DNA of 64,000 bases from Candidatus Poribacteria bacterium (lineage in GTDB: Bacteria > Poribacteria > WGA-4E > PCPOR2b), in assembly GCA_965218095.1 (NCBI GenBank), contig OZ244587.1, positions 4,800,001 through 4,864,000 on the forward strand, written 5' to 3'. Below, piece by piece: positions 61,439 through 64,000 of the stretch (its first letter is position 1; each line of letters starts with the position of its first letter). The notes under the pieces are model-generated. The model was given only the letters and a program-made list of their open reading frames with translations, did no database searches and had not been told where the DNA came from. Made by a program: the position numbers and the translations under genes.

Positions 61439-62908
61439 TTAGCTGGGGGAATCGCTCTGAGAAGTGTGCTGGTATCCGGCATCTGTAACCCTGAACACTG
61501 TAAGTGGTTCCTCTCCACCGCTTTTTTCTAAATATCCAGCAGACACCAACTCTCTCAGTGCTGATTCCCACTCTGCTGCAACCGTTTCCCTTCGATCTTG
61601 GGGTATATTTCTACGGTGCAAATCCTCCTGAATTATATCCTCACCATTGGTCAAAATAATAACCTCTTGCTCTAAATTAAAATGCTCAACCTTTCTCTCA
61701 GGATCAGCAGCTTGGTTGAGCAGATAGGCAGCTTTCTCGCTTAATTGTGGCATGGGAATATCTCTGCTTTCACTTTTTTGCAATAATTCACGAGCTTGTG
61801 AATTACTAGGATCCAGTGCTAGTGCCTGCTGATAATTTTCGATGGCACGGCTGCGATCCCCTCGGCGAGCGTAAAATACTCCTAGTGTTACATAAACATG
61901 GGGATAATTGGGGCTCAATTGTATTGCTTTGACGAAATCGCTGAAGGCACGGTCTGAATCCTCTCTCATTTCATAAGCTGCTCCCCGTCCGATATAAGCG
62001 TCGGCATAATCGGGATTTAGTAGTATGGTTTTGCTAAAAGTTTCAATGGCACAATCATACTCACACATCTTAAAACAATAATGATAGGCTAGTTCTGCGT
62101 AGTAAGTGGTGTTATATGGTGAATATTCGATTCTTGTAGTATACGCCTTCACTATTCTTTCATGTTGTTTTTGCCTCTCTTCATCAGTAAGATTGCCATC
62201 CGGAATGTGCCTCGCAAAAACCTTTTCCATAGCAAGAGGTTTCCATGCCTCGTCAGACCTACTCAAAGCGTCTTGACTGATAAATCCATATAGGTCATTG
62301 AAAAGAGTTTCGTAAGATATGTCTTGAAATCTATACAGATGAATCAGTATCCACTGTTTTAGTTCTTTCGGAATACACACTGTTTTCACATCTTTGTCGC
62401 TGGGGAGTATAAAGCCGTTTGGCGGTCGAACAAATATACTTTTCTGAGCTTGGACGCGGTTTGCTGGATACTGAGCGTGTTGTATTTGGTATTTTGCTAT
62501 TGTCTCTTCGTTTTTCTCCAATAAAACAATCCTACCATCTTTGCCATGAAGTTTTGTACAGGCGAAGTAAAGTGCTACATCATAATCCGTTGTAAAATCC
62601 ATCAAGTTGGACTTACCACCATAATGCTGAAGTTCAGAGGCGATTTCAAACTCTTGTTTTTCCTGATTGCGAGTATAGGTTCTAGCCTTGTATATCTCAA
62701 TATTTTGAATTTGCTCTATAGTAAATTTTCCCGTAGCAATTACATCCTTATAACTGCGGTGGAGGTTTGAAGAAATTTCTGGATAGCATTCAGGTTCACC
62801 GCGGTAGATGTAATCCCCGCCGGCTGATATAGCGACTATTTCGTTGATTATTCTAAATAATCCATTGAGATAGTAGTTTTGTAGATCGGTTAAGTTCTCT
62901 GTGTTCAT
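61439..62908 (-). CDS. FRG-domain protein with TPR repeats
   Basis: YIYRGE, LQHYGGKSNLMDFT.D..VALYFAC, NRVQAQKSIF; TPRs (LNPDYADAY, LSPNYPHVY). Confidence 0.88.
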   Translation of the reverse strand: MNTENLTDLQNYYLNGLFRIINEIVAISAGGDYIYRGEPECYPEISSNLHRSYKDVIATGKFTIEQIQNIEIYKARTYTRNQEKQEFEIASELQHYGGKSNLMDFTTDYDVALYFACTKLHGKDGRIVLLEKNEETIAKYQIQHAQYPANRVQAQKSIFVRPPNGFILPSDKDVKTVCIPKELKQWILIHLYRFQDISYETLFNDLYGFISQDALSRSDEAWKPLAMEKVFARHIPDGNLTDEERQKQHERIVKAYTTRIEYSPYNTTYYAELAYHYCFKMCEYDCAIETFSKTILLNPDYADAYIGRGAAYEMREDSDRAFSDFVKAIQLSPNYPHVYVTLGVFYARRGDRSRAIENYQQALALDPSNSQARELLQKSESRDIPMPQLSEKAAYLLNQAADPERKVEHFNLEQEVIILTNGEDIIQEDLHRRNIPQDRRETVAAEWESALRELVSAGYLEKSGGEEPLTVFRVTDAGYQHTSQSDSPS

Positions 62909-62935
62909 GATTGTTTTCCATTTACTTCAACTTTG

Positions 62936-63226
62936 CTAAGGTAACACCGGCACTTCGGCAGTTTTCCGCTTGTTGCACCGCGGCAGTTCTTTAGCCCGCT
63001 CGACAGTCATGCGACGGTTATAGTAAGGGATACGCAGGCTATCGGAGATTAACCCCAACTCTGCCGATAAAATAAGAAACTCATGGTCGATCCGTGCGTC
63101 AGGAACGGTGCGGAGATACTTCCGTACAACCTTATACGCAGGACCATCATATCTGTCCATCACACGCATTTTTCGCTTGCCTTGAACCTTACGCTGGGAA
63201 CATGAAAGGATAACGAGTCTTTTCAT
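62936..63226 (-). CDS. DUF6884-like protein, probably truncated
   Basis: LVILSCSQRK, DRYDGP, ILSAELGLI, YNRRMT. Confidence 0.6.
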   Translation of the reverse strand: MKRLVILSCSQRKVQGKRKMRVMDRYDGPAYKVVRKYLRTVPDARIDHEFLILSAELGLISDSLRIPYYNRRMTVERAKELPRCNKRKTAEVPVLP

Positions 63227-63280
63227 CTTTTTCTCCCGTAGTGTAGGCGCGGGCTGGTAAGATCCACTACCCGATAAGAG

Positions 63281-64000
63281 CTACGCATCGCTTGTTTTCT
63301 CCTTTTTAAGAGCGTCAATCCGTGGTTTGAATACCCTGTAAAAGAGTTCAAGTTTGTCACAGAGCCATTGGTGCTGCCGGTCCCGGTTTTCACGGGGATC
63401 TGTGTTAGGTAGAATGAACTGTATATCGCTCTCCTTCTTATCGGGCTTTTCATTCCATTCTAATTTAGCTTCAGCACTTATCTCTTTTTCAATCACTCTC
63501 CTGTCCCGCTTAAAGAGGTGGAAGTGAGGTTTTGCGTTTTCACCCCAAATTTTGAGACTGACATGGATAAATTGTTTTTGCACGCTAGCAACAGTGCAGA
63601 GGAAGAAGTTGCTACTGCGAAAGGGATAAAAGTAAAGCCAATGTCCTTTGTTAGGTGCTACGGGTTTGATTACGCCGTTGCGTTGTTTGAGGTGAGCGCA
63701 TAGTTCCGTCCAGTATTCAAAATACAAATCCTTTGTGGTAGGAGGCTTTCGTGCTAGTACGTCGTCATCCGGAGGCAGTGAATCACAAATGTCCTCACTC
63801 TTAAACGTCTTCAATGCTCGCTGGACAATCTCCGCGATCTGCGCCCTCTGCTCTGGTGTATTTATGGGGATGTCAATGACAGATGCCACATAGTTTACGA
63901 AATCTTCGTTAGGTGATTCCAACTGCCCCATCAAAAACTGTTGAATCATTTTTGAATACTTCAAGTTGTGTGCGGCGGCAAGTGCTTTATCTACATCGAA
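63281..64000 (-). CDS. DUF4268-domain protein (5' end beyond the window)
   Basis: YFEYWTEL, IEKEI..KLEWNE, QHQWL.DKLELFYRVFKPRI. Confidence 0.75.
   Translation of the reverse strand, partial: FDVDKALAAAHNLKYSKMIQQFLMGQLESPNEDFVNYVASVIDIPINTPEQRAQIAEIVQRALKTFKSEDICDSLPPDDDVLARKPPTTKDLYFEYWTELCAHLKQRNGVIKPVAPNKGHWLYFYPFRSSNFFLCTVASVQKQFIHVSLKIWGENAKPHFHLFKRDRRVIEKEISAEAKLEWNEKPDKKESDIQFILPNTDPRENRDRQHQWLCDKLELFYRVFKPRIDALKKEKTSDA

Noticed and set aside
1-64000. tRNA, rRNA, cas genes, reverse transcriptases; many short overlapping ORFs in the track
   Set aside because: No such RNA genes or enzyme motifs were recognised by eye; the short ORFs are antisense or alternate-frame shadows of called genes.

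Overview
Bacterial chromosomal window of roughly 50% GC. Gene content and repeat style suggest a Candidatus Poribacteria-like or other PVC-associated genome; this is an inference. Housekeeping and metabolic genes include an amidohydrolase, an anaerobic sulfatase maturase, an M3-like peptidase, hisI-trpE-MTase-trpG, 2-oxoacid:ferredoxin oxidoreductase with two CBS proteins, rsmB, and glpK with a sigma-54-type two-component system. These are interspersed with many pseudogene fragments and several families of small palindromic repeats. Three accessory blocks stand out: (1) ~14.8-24 kb, a phage remnant plus a decaying type I R-M locus carrying a Fic gene and a toxin-antitoxin-like pair; (2) ~42-52.8 kb, an ECF sigma/FecR-MacAB-CotH-PQQ module whose transporter genes are all broken, one by an IS5 element; (3) ~59.6-64 kb, a decayed defence-type island. 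The most notable unexplained signals are a phased 41-bp array of palindromes upstream of fic, an unannotated His/Trp-rich attenuator leader upstream of hisI-trpE, a ~70-aa module inserted in-frame in two unrelated membrane proteins, and two identical 151-bp MITEs with 7-bp target duplications. All calls come from reading motifs by eye; no database searches were run.
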